Assembly: GCA_032718475.1 (NCBI GenBank)
Contig: JAUCBJ010000548.1
Coordinates: forward strand, 62,001-126,000
Source: Nemertoderma westbladi
Taxonomy: Eukaryota > Animalia > Xenacoelomorpha
Direction: 5' to 3'
DNA: 64,000 nt
Shown: positions 37,657 to 51,900 of the stretch, piece by piece
Numbering within the stretch: the stretch's first letter is position 1
Layout of the letters: each line of letters opens with the position of its first letter
Program-made: the position numbers and the translations under genes
Notes under the pieces: model-generated
What the model was told of the DNA's origin: nothing
Database searches by the model: none
The model's input: only the letters and a program-made list of their open reading frames with translations

Positions 37657-38617
37657 GCCTGTTTTGTCACTTTCCTCACCTTCTTGCTCCTTCACCCTCT
37701 GCTTGCGGAAGCCCCTGACTTTTACAACAGTAAAAGTTTTTATATTTTTTGCGTCATTTTTATCTGTAAATATTTATAGTTCCGGCAGTTCTCAACGACG
37801 TCAACCTTGTTTTCTTCTCAACTTCCCATCCTATAAGGTCCACTTCATCGCTAACGGGAGGTGTCAATAAGCCCTCTCATTTCGATAAGACCCAACTGAA
37901 CAGGCGCCTTCTCTCAACTCTGCGCCGTTCCTCACACACCAAACCCGATATTCATTGAACTTATTCATCTACCGTGAACGCAAATAATTATCTTATTATA
38001 TTCCACTGGTGTAACGATGGCGAATGATTGCCAGTGAAAATAATATAACACCGATATGTTTAGACTCTACTGATCGCGGGCGAAGATTTCCCGCGGGTGA
38101 AGATTGCACCCAATCCTTCTGTTATGTCCAATTCTAAACATTAATAACTTGGCCAATCCTCGATGAAATAACTGTATCAAACTAACCAAACTTGGTATAC
38201 ATGTTGTTTGGCATCAATTTTGAAATTTTCCAAGTTGAATTTGAGTGTGGCCTTCGAGAAGCTAAAGATACAATACTAGCAGTTGCTTCGTTAATTAAAT
38301 TGATTACGGTAAAAACTGCATTTTTTCTGCTTGTCCTTTAATGGAAATTAATTATTTTATAGTATAAGATATAAATAATTATACTTAAAAATTACACAGC
38401 TGTAATCTCCATACCCGTCCCATTATTGTTTTTAATTAAATCAGGTGATTTGCTTTAAGAAATGTGTTTTCAATTGATCTAAACGTAATTAAGTTATTAA
38501 AATACCCCGTCACTCCTATACTTCCAACTCACCCATTCCGTGCTTGCTATTGCATGGCTGGGAACCAGTCCAACCAACAGTTCACCACTACTCAAAGGCA
38601 GCAATGTAATGAGTCAG

Positions 38618-39245
38618 ACTAATAATACACGTTCGTGGGGCCTTCGCGCAGCACGAAAGCCTATATTAGAAAGTACATTATACTAATCTCTATTAGATAT
38701 ACGAAAACCGTCTTTCCTAAAATATATATGAGTGAAGGCGATGCTATCAGTTTGTGATAAACTAGTTGTAAAAATAGAGATCCATTTCAGTTTGCCCTTA
38801 CACACTTTAACTGTCATTTGTAAACCTTCTAACTAGGGCTATTTAAGTTAAGTATGACATTTTTAGTTTTACAATACTCTTCTCCTTTATTAGCCTCGTT
38901 GCGCTCGTCCTGATTTGTCTTAAAATAATTTCCCTAAACGGAGACTAACGACCTTTATAACTGTGCAAAGTTTCGAAACTGTGAGAGTAACTGCTGATTT
39001 ATGGCAGATGGATACTCGTATCCACTGTAAACTCGTTGCGTTCGTTCGTTTTTTACCAAACTTGTGATTCTTTCTAAACTTTTGCCGGACTACATACGTA
39101 CCAAGTTTCGTTTAATTTCATCAAGGAATAATAACCGAGTTATTAGCGTTCAAACATTTACGACGACAGACGATGACGACGACAGACAACTCGTTAATGG
39201 TACCCATATGCTAAGGCTTCGCTCACTTCGTGGCTCGCCACACAG
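38618..39245 (+). mobile_element. Helentron/HINE(DINE-1)-like non-autonomous element; related pieces at ~39640-39715 (-), ~43810-44400 and ~44990-45420
   Basis: Left end cacgttcgtggggccttcgcgcagcacga recurs at ~43812 and inverted at ~39681. Internal gacgacagac simple repeat; right end gctaaggcttcgctcacttcgtggctcgcc. Confidence 0.55.
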
Positions 39246-40254
39246 CTTGCTTATTGTTTATCTCGCAAAATGGTTGGCTGAGTATTTTATCGTGATTCTT
39301 TATAGAATATAATTCTTAGATTCTTAGAATAATTAGCTAGATAATTTCGTTGACATGGTAAATTAATATCTCAGTATCAATACTATCGTAATAAGGTAAG
39401 TTGTTAATATTTCTTACAAATTGGGGTCGCCTCCACGCCTAAAATAAAATATATTTCATATATTAATTTTAAAAACATATTTCCTGTTAATATCTGCCTT
39501 TCACCAATCCTCTGAGTGTTGGGGTGTTGTAGATTAAGGGGGAGCGGGGGGAGGGGGGGGGGGGGGTGTGGAGGGGAGGAACTTTCCCCGCTTCTTTGAT
39601 TAATTGGCGGTTTGGTTAAATTTCTTAACTACCGATTTTGTGATAGAATTACTCAATTTTAATTTGTATCTCATAACTGAACCTCGTGCTGCGCGAAGGC
39701 CCTACAAACGTGTTTAGTTACGTGTCCCGGTAACAAGATTAACTCATATGCTGTTCCATATAGACGCTAACATTACATTTATTACATTACTACATTACAT
39801 TTTAAAAAATAGAGTTTGGCCCTAGAGCTGGGTTTGATGGCTAATTACTTTCCCACAATCCAATAGCTATAAAAAGATTTTTTCCGAATAATGGTGGATC
39901 TTTGAGAAAATTAATATCACAAAAGGATCACTAGACTAGAAGATTATGTTGTCCAATCATATTGCAGGCCATGGACACTTCATACTGTAGGCCTACACTG
40001 TACAGTGTACTGTACATGTGTGTAAATTGTCAAGTATGACAAGGTTGGGGGTGTCTTCAAATTGTTATAATAATTAGTTATTATTATAGTATATGTTTCC
40101 ATAACAATGAGAGATTCAATCTTCAGACCATCCTTACAGTATTCCATTCCTATCTAGTTTACAAGGTTGCACAACTCAAATTTATAATAAACGTAACCAC
40201 ACCGAAAAAATATTTCGCCATATTACAATAATTCAGTGAGTAGCATTATTTAGT

Positions 40255-41590
40255 ACTACTAGGATCGGCATGCTGCTTTGCAGCTGCATTATTAAAAATG
40301 TTGTGCCGGCTTGTCGACAAAATTGCGCCGCCACAACTCCCTATCTCCCATGACATTTGCTAGATCATCCGCATCTTCAAGGCCAGCGTCCTTTAAGATG
40401 CTTCTCAAGAAAGTCATGGGCTGTCCACCATGCTTATTCACTCCATGACGCTGCCAAAGCACAAGATTATGCACTGGCTGGTCCTCACGGCGAAAGCAAT
40501 GTCCTGCAAAGCGGAGGCGACTTTGTTCTAGTGTCAAGCTTGGGGAACCAATGAGACACCTCCAATGTTATATAGTGTCTGGTTGGAGATGTGTGCATTG
40601 TACTTGACACAATGAACCCGGCGTAGCATTCTCGTGAATGTGCCATCCAGAGATTTGGTGTCCTCAGCAGTTAGAGCCCAGCATGGACTCCCATAGAAGA
40701 AGTACTGGCACTACTGCTTCTCTAAATTATCGGACCTTAAGTTTCCGATTAATTATCTGTGACTTCCAAATCCTGGAAAACCTATTCAAGGCTGCCCATG
40801 CCTTTCCCTTACGTATTCGAAGGTCATCGCCTGACTTCCGGATCCATGATCCCAGGTAACAGAAGTCGTCCACATGCTCAGGCATACCATCCTTTGAGCT
40901 TATGCTCATCCGGTCAGAGACTTGCTGAGGATTTTCAAAGTTAACTGTCAAAATTTTGGTCTTTTTGGAGTGAATAAAAAGACCAAAACTAGAAGCAGCA
41001 TGTTCTAATGAGCTGAGGAGCCATTGGGCTCCCTCTAGTGATTCTGAGAGTACTCCTAAGTCATCAGCAAAGTCTAGATCACTTAGGTACTTGGCAGGAT
41101 TTCCTCGACTTCTGGAGCCAGTAAGTTGAGTTACCATCACCCCATCATCATTATGATGATCTAAGGAGATGCGTAGAACATAGTCAACCACAATTACGAA
41201 CAAGAATGGCGCAAGTGCGTCTCCTTGGAGGACGCCCCATAACACTTCAAATGGTTCTGTGTCACCGTCAACAGTAGACACAAATGTTGTCGAACCATCG
41301 TACACTGATCTGATTGCTGCAATAATTTCATCAGGAATCCCATATAATGAAAGTATGCTGAACATACGTGATCGAGAGATTGAATCAAAAGCCTTGAAGA
41401 AGTCAACAAAGATAACAGCAAGATGCCTGTCTTTCTTTTTTGATAACTCTTCAATTATCCTTCTAAGTGCCAAAATGGACTCCATGGTCCCACGACCTTT
41501 GCGGAACCCATTCTGATTTCCACGGAGCAGTCTCCCAATGGGATCCATAATGCGATTTAATATAATTCTATTGTATAGCTTTGCAGCAAT
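40255..41590 (-). mobile_element. 5'-truncated, frameshifted RTE-clade LINE reverse transcriptase
   Basis: Motifs QNGFRKGRGT, FVDFFKAFDSI, GVLQGDALAPFLF, DLDFADDL, FCYLGSWI and RLRFAGHCFR. Confidence 0.9.
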
Positions 41591-42032
41591 CGATTAATTA
41601 TTTAGTAATTTCATCGTGACAGCGTTAGCAAACTAAAGGTTCACTCCTTATTCGTGGCTCGCCCTACATTCCAGATTAACGTGATTTACGGTGGGATTTT
41701 ACAGTCACACGCTGAGCAATGATAGGAAAGAGTTAACTTACGAGGCAACCATTACAAACAATTTTCTTATCACCAGCTGCACAGCCCTAGAGACCGCATA
41801 CCGACCTTATTGGTGTGTGTGAACATCAACTGCTAACAACTCTTTCTCTCCTAATGCGCTTCACATAAGATTTTATAAATATCAACAAATTTACTACACG
41901 TAAAAAATAACGAGTTAATATGAAGTCGAATACTGTAATATCTCGAATACTTCGAATTAGAGCCTACTGGAGCACTCTCAGTTGGACTGAGCATTCTCAC
42001 TGGACCTCTTAGTTCTTGCCCAACAGCGAGAA

Positions 42033-42778
42033 AACACCTACTGCTAACTGAACATGCGAACACCTACTACTGCTAACTGAACATGCGAACACCTACTAGT
42101 GCTAACTGAACATGCGAACACCTTACTGCTAACTGAACATGCGAACAGCTACTGCTAACTGAACATGCGAACACCTTACTGCTAACTGAACATGCGAACA
42201 CCTTACTGCTAACTGAACATGCGAACAGCTACTGCTAACTGAACATGCGAACACCTTACTGCTAACTGAACATGCGAACAGCTACTGCTAACTGAACATG
42301 CGAACACCTACTAGTGCTAACTGAACATGCGAACACCTTACTGCTAACTGAACATGCGAACAGCTACTGCTAACTGAACATGCGAACACCTTACTGCTAA
42401 CTGAACATGCGAACACCTACTAGTGCTAACTGAACATGCGAACACCTTACTGCTAACTGAACATGCGAACAGCTACTGCTAACTGAACATGCGAACACCT
42501 TACTGCTAACTGAACATGCGAACACCTACTAGTGCTAACTGAACATGCGAACACCTTACTGCTAACTGAACATGCGAACAGCTACTGCTAACTGAACATG
42601 CGAACACCTTACTGCTAACTGAACATGCGAACACCTTACTGCTAACTGAACATGCGAACAGCTACTGCTAACTGAACATGCGAACACCTACTGCTAACTG
42701 AACATGCGATCACCTACTGCTAACTGAACATGCGAACACCTACTGCAAACTGAACACGAGAACAGCTCTACTGCTAAA
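42033..42778. repeat. Minisatellite with ~26-29-bp variant units
   Basis: Invariant core gctaactgaacatgcgaaca joined by variable linkers ccttact, gctact, cctactagt or cctact. Confidence 0.95.
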
Positions 42779-45700
42779 ACTGAGTTACAAAATACAAATT
42801 ACAAATACAAATATAAAAATTCAATAAAACTTGGACAGAAAAGTGAATACCTGGTATTCTTCACATGGGGGCGCTCCATCTCGCTGGAGCAAATTTAATT
42901 CTCAGTATAGTATAATTAACTAAATAAAATCGAAAATGAACTATTAAAATATTTATAAATTAAATCGTTTTAAATAAAATGGCAGCCCAAAACTATAAAT
43001 TAATATATTAATTAATTAAAATGTCAATTATTACCTTCAAGTAATAAAAATCTTATGTAATTTTAAATGATAGAACTTCACAGTATGAACAATAAATTAA
43101 GAAATATGTTTCAAACTCATAATCAAGTTTCTTAAATCATTTTATCTAAGGGCGACAGTTCGACCTAGACATGTTGGCTTGTATAACAATTAGTGATCAC
43201 AAAGAAATTTATCCGAAAAGGATATCTGCAGATCTGCATTAAAGTTCAAGTATAATAATACAAAATTAATGTTAATGTATGCATTAATTAGCTTCCAATA
43301 ATGACATAATGCGAAGCAATGAATGTAATTTAACCATGTGGTCATTCAGTGTGACTAATTCCACAAGAGAAATTCTTTAACCTCTTTATATTATATAAAC
43401 CACGTGTTTCGCTTCTGTTTATATCCTTATACCATTCATGCCACATCAGTTTGTTATTACGTCATGAATGACTGACTTCCTATAATTCTATAGTCGTGAA
43501 GTTGATGGTAGTCGTGACTCGCCTGAGTCTAACATTACACAGAACCCTACTTACACAAATATCGGGTCATTTCCAAATTAATCAAATTCACAACTTAAAA
43601 TAGCATGTCAATGAACAAATCCGAAACTTGAATACTGAAAAATGCTTTCGCATAGTTATCCCACCTGTCAATAGCTGATTGGTGGAGCGAAATAGATGAT
43701 CATGGTGCTGCTGGTACAAATCCCACTGACTGCGTTCCATAGTTTATTTTTTCACATTTTAATAAACCCCATGGTTACTAACCTCGAATATTATTGTAAT
43801 GTAGTAATCTACACGTTGGTGGGGCCTTCGCGCAGCACGAGGCCCAGTTATTAGATACAAATTAAAATTGAGCGACTGTATCACAAAATCAGGTTTTGAG
43901 AAATTTACCCACACCACCAATCAATCAAAGAAAGGGGGACAGTACGTGTTCACCCCTTTTAATCTCCCCCCCCCCCCCCCCCCCCCACCCTTCCCAACCA
44001 CCAATACATAACCGCGACATCTACCACCCACGGAAGGGTAGCACGAACTTATTTCCAATCGCACGTTAAATATGCAAAGCCAGGTGGTTTATAGGAATAT
44101 AATAAACGCAGTACTCGTTTTCATTATAAGCCTCTTTGCGTTCGTCCTGTTTTGTATTTAAATATATTTCTTAAACGCAGGCTAGGACGATCTTTATAAT
44201 AATAATAACTAGGGATGCGATCAATATGTGAAGCCAGGTGGTTTATATAATAATTTAGTCAACGCAGTACTCGTCTTCATTATATGCCTCGTTGCGCTCG
44301 TCGCTTGTCCTGTTTTATCATAAAATATTTTTCCTAAACGCAGACTGACGATCTTTATACAGTTATAACTATGCGAAGTTTCGAAACTGTGCGAGTAACT
44401 GTTGATACATCTATGTGGAGATGTGTGATATGTGGAGATGTGTGATACAACGCCAACGCATCTTATGCCGATGTAGTAATATGGGTATTGAAATAATATT
44501 AAATCAATGTACACTCTTAAAGCTGCAGCGAAAAAATGTAGCTAATTTCCTAGGTTACATATAAAATAATAATATTATTTTTAAGAACATTAATTTTACT
44601 ACTTTGCAAAAATTCAATTAAAAAATAACCAGACATATACATTGTGGAATAAACTATGTCAGAAGCCTACAACAGCCATGCTATGGATGGTATTTATGTT
44701 ATTATATCTGTCATTTACCTGAGATAGCAATACAACACTTATAGTAGAGTCAATGTTGGGATGTTGGATTTAAAGAATGCTGTCTGGGCTGGAATAGCAA
44801 TACTGGTTGCCTATTACAATTCCTCTCTGGTTAGTCTACAGCCACAACTCCCAGCTAGCTCCACACCAGCAGAGACTTGACCAATAATCATTCCCAGCAA
44901 CTGGCTGCCTTAACACACATCCTTCCATCTATGTACCAGCATGTTAGCCAATAAATGAGCAGTATTTAATGAGAATCAATTTTTTACGCCGTTTTAATTA
45001 CTTTAGATCAATTAAAGACACAATTATTAAAGCAAATCACTTGAACTAATTAAAAACTATAATAGAATGGCGTATGTGGATTACATCTGTATAATTTTCA
45101 AGTATAATTATTTAAATCTTATACTGTAAAACAATTAATTTCCTTTAAAAGGCAGGTTGAAAATGGTGTTTTTACCGTAATCAACTTAATTAACTAATTA
45201 ACTGCTATTATCTTAGCTTCTCGAAGGCCACACGGAAATTCTACTTGGAAAATTTCTAAACTTTTGCCAAACAACATGTGTACCAAGTTTGGATAGATTT
45301 CATCAAAGATTGGCCGAGTTATTAATGTTTAAAATTGAACGCGACAGAACGACAGAACGACAGGTTGATTAATGGTACCACTACGCTAAGGCTCACTCAC
45401 TTCGTGGCTCGCCCCACATTACAGCTCGCTGCCCATTCAATAAGTTACAATTCAAAAAAATATGCTATAAAATATTGTAAATATAACACTGGATCTGTGA
45501 TAGTGATATTGGGGCATATGAATTGTTTAAATTGTTTGTTGTATCTGCAATATACACAGAAAGGGAACGCGATAGTTGCATGTACAACATGCATATACCC
45601 GTTACTACGAGGCATTTACTTTACTATATTATCATTTGGCATAGTGTACTTCGGGTGTCGACAGACCATTACTACTCTTACATGTTAGATATTCGGATAC

Positions 45701-45967
45701 ATCGATTATCTAACATCGCTTGTCACTGTCAGATCTTGTAAAACCGGACAGCAAACCGTACACCTGAGTAGCAACGGTAATGCGGAACTGAAGGCCGAGT
45801 TAAGTGTCAGGCCGAGGGAGGCAGGAGGAATCGCATCAATCCAAACAACTCACCCGCTACATTACTATTAATATAATTCAGGGGTTCCTCATACAGGTTC
45901 CATTCACTCACTCTATCGGATGTGGGAGAGGGGATCGATTCGTTTTCAGTAGCCGAGACATGATCAC

Positions 45968-48900
45968 GATTTGCGGGACAGCTGTGGGTTACTGTGGTGG
46001 GGTGAAGCTATTTTATGGACAGCTGTGGGTTCCTGTGGTGGGGTGAAGCTATTTTATGGACAGCTGTGGGTTCCTGTGGTGGTGTGAAGAGATTTGCGGG
46101 ACAGCTGTGGGTTCCTGTGGTGGTGTGAAGAGATTTGCGGGACAGCTGTGGGTTACTGTTGTGGTGTGAAGAGATTTGCGGGACAGCTGTGGGTTCCTGT
46201 GGTGGGGTGAAGCTATTTTATGGACAGCTGTGGGTTCCTGTGGTGGTGTAAAGATATTTGCGGGACAGCTGTGGGTTCCTGTGGTGGGGTGAAGCTATTT
46301 TATGGACAGCTGTGGGTTCCTGTGGTGGGGTGAAGCTATTTTATGGACAGCTGTGGGTTCCTGTGGTGGTGTGAAGAGATTTGCGGGACAGCTGTGGGTT
46401 CCTGTGGTGGTGTGAAGAGATTTGCGGGACAGCTGTGGGTTACTGTTGTGGTGTGAAGAGATTTGCGGGACAGCTGTGGGTTCCTGTGGTGGGGTGAAGC
46501 TATTTTATGGACAGCTGTGGGTTCCTGTGGTGGTGTGAAGAGATTTGCGGGACAGCTGTGGGTTCCTGTGGTGGGGTGAAGCTATTTTATGGACAGCTGT
46601 GGGTTCCTGTGGTGGTGTGAAGAGATTTGCGGGACAGCTGTGGGTTCCTGTGGTGGTGTGAAGAGATTTGCGGGACAGCTGTGGGTTCCTGTGGTGGTGT
46701 GAAGATATTTCCGGGACAGCTGTGGGTTCCTGTGGTGGTGTGAAGAGATTTGCGGGACAGCTGTGGGTTCCTGTGGTGGTGTGAACCGGGACAGCTGTGG
46801 GTTCCTGTGGTGGGGTGAAGCTATTTTATGGACAGCTGTGGGTTCCTGTGGTGGTGTGAAGAGATTTGCGGGACAGCTGTGGGTTCCTGTGGTGGTGTGA
46901 AGAGATTTGCGGGACAGCTGTGGGTTCATGTGGTGGTGTGAAGATATTTCCGGGACAGCTGTGGGTTCCTGTGGTGGTGTGAAGAGATTTGCGGGACAGC
47001 TGTGGGTTCTTGTGGTGGTGTGAAGAGATTTGCGGGACAGCTGTGGGTTCCTGTGGTGGTGTGAAGAGATTTGCGGGACAGCTGTGGGTTCCTGTGGTGG
47101 TGTGAAGATATTTCCGGGACAGCTGCGGGTTACTGTGGTGGTGTGAAGAGATTTGCGGGGCAGCTGTGGGTTACTGTTGTGGTGTGAAGAGATTTGCGGG
47201 ACAGCTGTGGGTTCCTGTGGTGGGGTGAAGCTATTTTATGGACAGCTGTGGGTTCCTGTGGTGGTGTGAAGAGATTTGCGGGACAGCTGTGGGTTCCTGT
47301 GGTGGTGTGAAGAGATTTGCGGGACAGCTGTGGGTTCCTGTGGTGGTGTGAAGATATTTCCGGGACAGCTGTGGGTTCCTGTGGTGGTGTGAAGAGATTT
47401 GCGGGACAGCTGTGGGTTCCTGTGGTGGTGTGAAGAGATTTGCGGGACAGCTGTGGGTTCTTGTGGTGGTGTGAACCGGGACAGCTATGGGTTCCTGTTG
47501 TGGTGTGCACCGGAACAGCTGTGGGTTCCTGTGGTGGAGTGAACCGGGACGGCTGTGGGTTGCTGTAGTGGTGTAAAGAGATTTGCGGGACAGCTGCGGG
47601 TTACTGTGGTGGTGTGAAGAGATTTGCGGGACAGCTGTGGGTTCCTGTGGTGGTGTGAAGAGATTCGCGGGACAGCATGGGTTACTGTGGTGGTGTGAAC
47701 CGGGACAGCTGTGGGTTCCTGTGGTGGTGTGAACCGGGACAGCTGTGGGTTCTGTTGTGGTGTGAACCGGGACAGCTGTGGGTTCTTGTGGTGGTGTGAA
47801 CCGGGACAGCTATGGGTTCCTGTTGTGGTGTGAACCGGGACAGCTGTGGGTTCCTGTGGTGGTATGAACCGGGACGGCTGTGGGTTGCTGTAGTGGTATG
47901 AACCGGGACGGCTGTGGGTTGCTGTAGTGGTGTAAAGATATTTGCGGGACAGCTGCGGGTTACTGTGGTGGTGTGAAAAGATTTCCGGGACAGCTGTGGG
48001 TTCCAGAGGTGGTATGAAGAGATTCGCGGGACAGCTGTGGGTTCCTGTGGTGGTGTGAAAAGATTTTCGGGACAGCTGTGGGTTCCTGAGGTGGTATGAA
48101 GAGATTCGCGGGACAGCTGTGGGTTCTTGTGGTGGTGTGAAGAGATTTGCGGACAGCTGTGGGTTCCTGTGGTGGTGTGAAGAGATTTGCGGGACAGCTG
48201 TGGGTTCCTGTGGTGGTGTGAACCGGGACAGCTGTGGGTTCTGTTGTGGTGTGAACCGGGACAGCTGTGGGTTCTTGTGGTGGTGTGAACCGGGACAGCT
48301 ATGGGTTCCTGTTGTGGTGTGAACCGGGACAGCTGTGGGTTCCTGTGGTGGTGTGAACCGGGACGGCTGTGGGTTGTTGCTGTGGTGGTGTAAAGAGATT
48401 TGCGGACAGCTGTGGGTTACTGTTGTGGTGTGAACCGGGACAGCTGTGGGTTCTTGTGGTGGTGTGAACCGGGACAGCATGGGTTCCTGTTGTGGTGTGA
48501 ACCGGGACAGCTGTGGGTTCTTGTGGTGGTGTGAACCGGGAAAGCTATGGGTTCCTGTTGTGGTGTGAACCGGGACAGCTGTGGGTTCTTGTGGTGGTGT
48601 AAACCGGGACAGCTGTGAGTTCCTGTGGTGGTGTGAACTGGGACGGCTGTGGGTTCCTGTGGTGGTGTAAACCGGGACGGCTGTGGGTTGCTGTAGTGGT
48701 GTAAAGAGATTTGCGGGACAGCTGCGGATTACTGTGGTGGTATGAAGAGATTTGCGGGACAGCTGTGGGTTCCTGTGGTGGTGTGAAAAGATCTCCGGGA
48801 CAGCTGTGGGTTCCTGAGGTGGTATGAAGAGATTCGCGGGACAGCTGTGGGTTTCTGTGGTGGTGGTGTGAACCGGGACAGCTGTGGGTTACTGTTGTGG

Positions 48901-51900
48901 TGTGAACCGGGACAGCTGTGGGTTCTTGTGGTGGTGTGAACCGGGACAGCTATGGGTTCCTGTGGTGGTGTGAACCGGGACAGCTGTAGGTTCCTGTGGT
49001 GGTTTGAACCGGGACAGCTGTGGGTTACTGTTGTGGTGTGAACCGGGACAGCTGTGGGTTCCTGCGGTGGTGTGAACCGGGACAGCTGTGGGTTACAGTT
49101 GTGGTGTGAACCGGGACAGCTGTGGGTTCCTGTGGTGGTGTGAACCGGGACAGCTGTGGGTTACTGTTGTGGTGTGAACCGGGACAGCTGTGGGTTCTTG
49201 TGGTGGTGTGAACCGGGACAGCTATGGGTTCCTGTTGTGGTGTGAACCGGGACAGCTGTGGGTTCCTGTGGTGGTGTGAACCGGGACGGCTGTGGGTTGT
49301 TGCTGTGGTGGTGTAAAGATATTTGCGGGACAGCTGTGGGTTCCTGTGGTGGTGTGAAAATATTACCGGGACAGCTGTCGGTTCCTGAGGTGGTATGAAG
49401 AGATTCGCGGGACAGCTGTGGGTTCCTGTGGTGGTGTGAAGAGATTTGCGGGACAGCTGTGGGTTCCTGTGGTGGTGTGAAGATATTTCCGGGACAGCTG
49501 TGGGTTCCTGTGGTGGTGTGAAGAGATTTGCGGGACAGCTGTGGGTTCCTGTGGTGGTGTGAAGAGATTTGCGGGACAGCTGTGGGTTCTTGTGGTGGTG
49601 TGAACCGGGACAGCTATGGGTTCCTGTTGTGGTGTGCACCGGAACAGCTATGGGTTCCTGTGGTGGAGTGAACCGGGACGGCTGTGGGTTGCTGTAGTGG
49701 TGTAAAGAGATTTGCGGGACAGCTGCGGGTTACTGTGGTGGTGTGAAGAGATTTGCGGGACAGCTGTGGGTTCCTGTGGTGGTGTGAACCGGGACAGCTG
49801 TGGGTTCTTGTGGTGGTGTGAACCGGGACAGCTATGGGTTCCTGTGGTGGTGTGAACCGGGACAGCTGTAGGTTCCTGTGGTGGTTTGAACCGGGACAGC
49901 TGTGGGTTACTGTTGTGGTGTGAACCGGGACAGCTGTGGGTTCCTGCGGTGGTGTGAACCGGGACAGCTGTGGGTTACTGTTGTGGTGTGAACCGGGACA
50001 GCTGTGGGTTCCTGTGGTGGTGTGAACCGGGACAGCTGTGGGTTACTGTTGTGGTGTGAACCGGGACAGCTGTGGGTTCTTGTGGTGGTGTGAACCGGGA
50101 CAGCTATGGGTTCCTGTTGTGGTGTGAACCGGGACGGCTGTGGGTTCCTGTGGTGGTGTGAACCGGGACGGCTGTGGGTTGTTGCTGTGGTGGTGTAAAG
50201 AGATTTGCGGGACAGCTGTGGGTTACTGTTGTGGTGTGAACCGGGACAGCTGTGGGTTCTTGTGGTGGTGTGAACCGGGACAGCATGGGTTCCTGTTGTG
50301 GTGTGAACCGGGACAACTGTGGGTTCTTGTGGTGGTGTGAACCGGGAAAGCTATGGGTTCTTGTTGTGGTGTGAACCGGGACAGCTGTGGGTTCTTGTGG
50401 TGGTGTGAACCGGGACAGCTGTGAGTTCCTGTGGTGGTGTGAACCGGGACGGCTGTGGGTTCCTGTGGTGGTGTAAACCGGGACGGCTGTGGGTTGCTGT
50501 GGTGGTGTAAAGATATTTGCGGGACAGCTGTGGGTTCCTGTGGTGGTGTGAAAATATTTCCGGGACAGCTGTGGGTTCCTGTGGTGGTGTAAAGAGATTT
50601 GCGGGACAGCTGTGGGTTACTGTTGTGGTGTGAACCGGGACAGCTGTGGGTTCTTGTGGTGGTGTGAACCGGGACAGCATGGGTTCCTGTTGTGGTGTGA
50701 ACCGGGACAACTGTGGGTTATTGTGGTGGTGTGAACCGGGAAAGCTATGGGTTCTTGTTGTGGTGTGAACCGGGACAGCTGTGGGTTCTTGTGGTGGTGT
50801 GAACCGGGACAGCTGTGAGTTCCTGTGGTGGTGTGAACCGGGACGGCTGTGGGTTCCTGTGGTGGTGTAAACCGGGACGGCTGTGGGTTGCTGTGGTGGT
50901 GTAAAGATATTTGCGGGACAGCTGTGGGTTCCTGTGGTGGTGTGAAAATATTACCGGGACAGCTGTGGGTTCCTGAGGTGGTATGAAGAGATTCGCGGGA
51001 CAGCTGTGGGTTCCTGAGGTGGTATGAAGAGATTCGCGGGACAGCTGTGGGTTCCTGTGGTGGTGTGAAGAGATTTGCGGGACAGCTGTGGGTTCCTGTG
51101 GTGGTGTGAAGATATTTCCGGGACAGCTGTGGGTTCCTGTGGTGGTGTGAAGAGATTTGCGGGACAGCTGTGGGTTCCTGTGGTGGTGTGAAGAGATTTG
51201 CGGGACAGCTGTGGGTTCTTGTGGTGGTGTGAACCGGGACAGCTATGGGTTCCTGTTGTGGTGTGCACCGGAACAGCTATGGGTTCCTGTGGTGGAGTGA
51301 ACCGGGACGGCTGTGGGTTGCTGTAGTGGTGTAAAGAGATTTGCGGGACAGCTGCGGGTTACTGTGGTGGTGTGAAGAGATTTGCGGGACAGCTGTGGGT
51401 TCCTGTGGTGGTGTGAAGAGATTTGCGGGACAGCATGGGTTACTGTTGTGGTGTGAACCGGGACAGCTGTGGGTTCCTGTGGTGGAGTGAACCGGGACGG
51501 CTGTGGGTTCCTGTGGTGGTGTAAACCGGGACGGCTGTGGGTTGCTGTGGTGGTGTAAAGATATTTGCGGGACAGCTGTGGGTTCCTGTGGTGGTGTGAA
51601 AATATTTCCGGGACAGCTGTGGGTTCCTGTGGTGGTGTAAAGAGATTTGCGGGACAGCTGTGGGTTACTGTTGTGGTGTGAACCGGGACAGCTGTGGGTT
51701 CTTGTGGTGGTGTGAACCGGGACAGCATGGGTTCCTGTTGTGGTGTGAACCGGGACAACTGTGGGTTATTGTGGTGGTGTGAACCGGGAAAGCTATGGGT
51801 TCTTGTTGTGGTGTGAACCGGGACAGCTGTGGGTTCTTGTGGTGGTGTGAACCGGGACAGCTGTGAGTTCCTGTGGTGGTGTGAACCGGGACGGCTGTGG

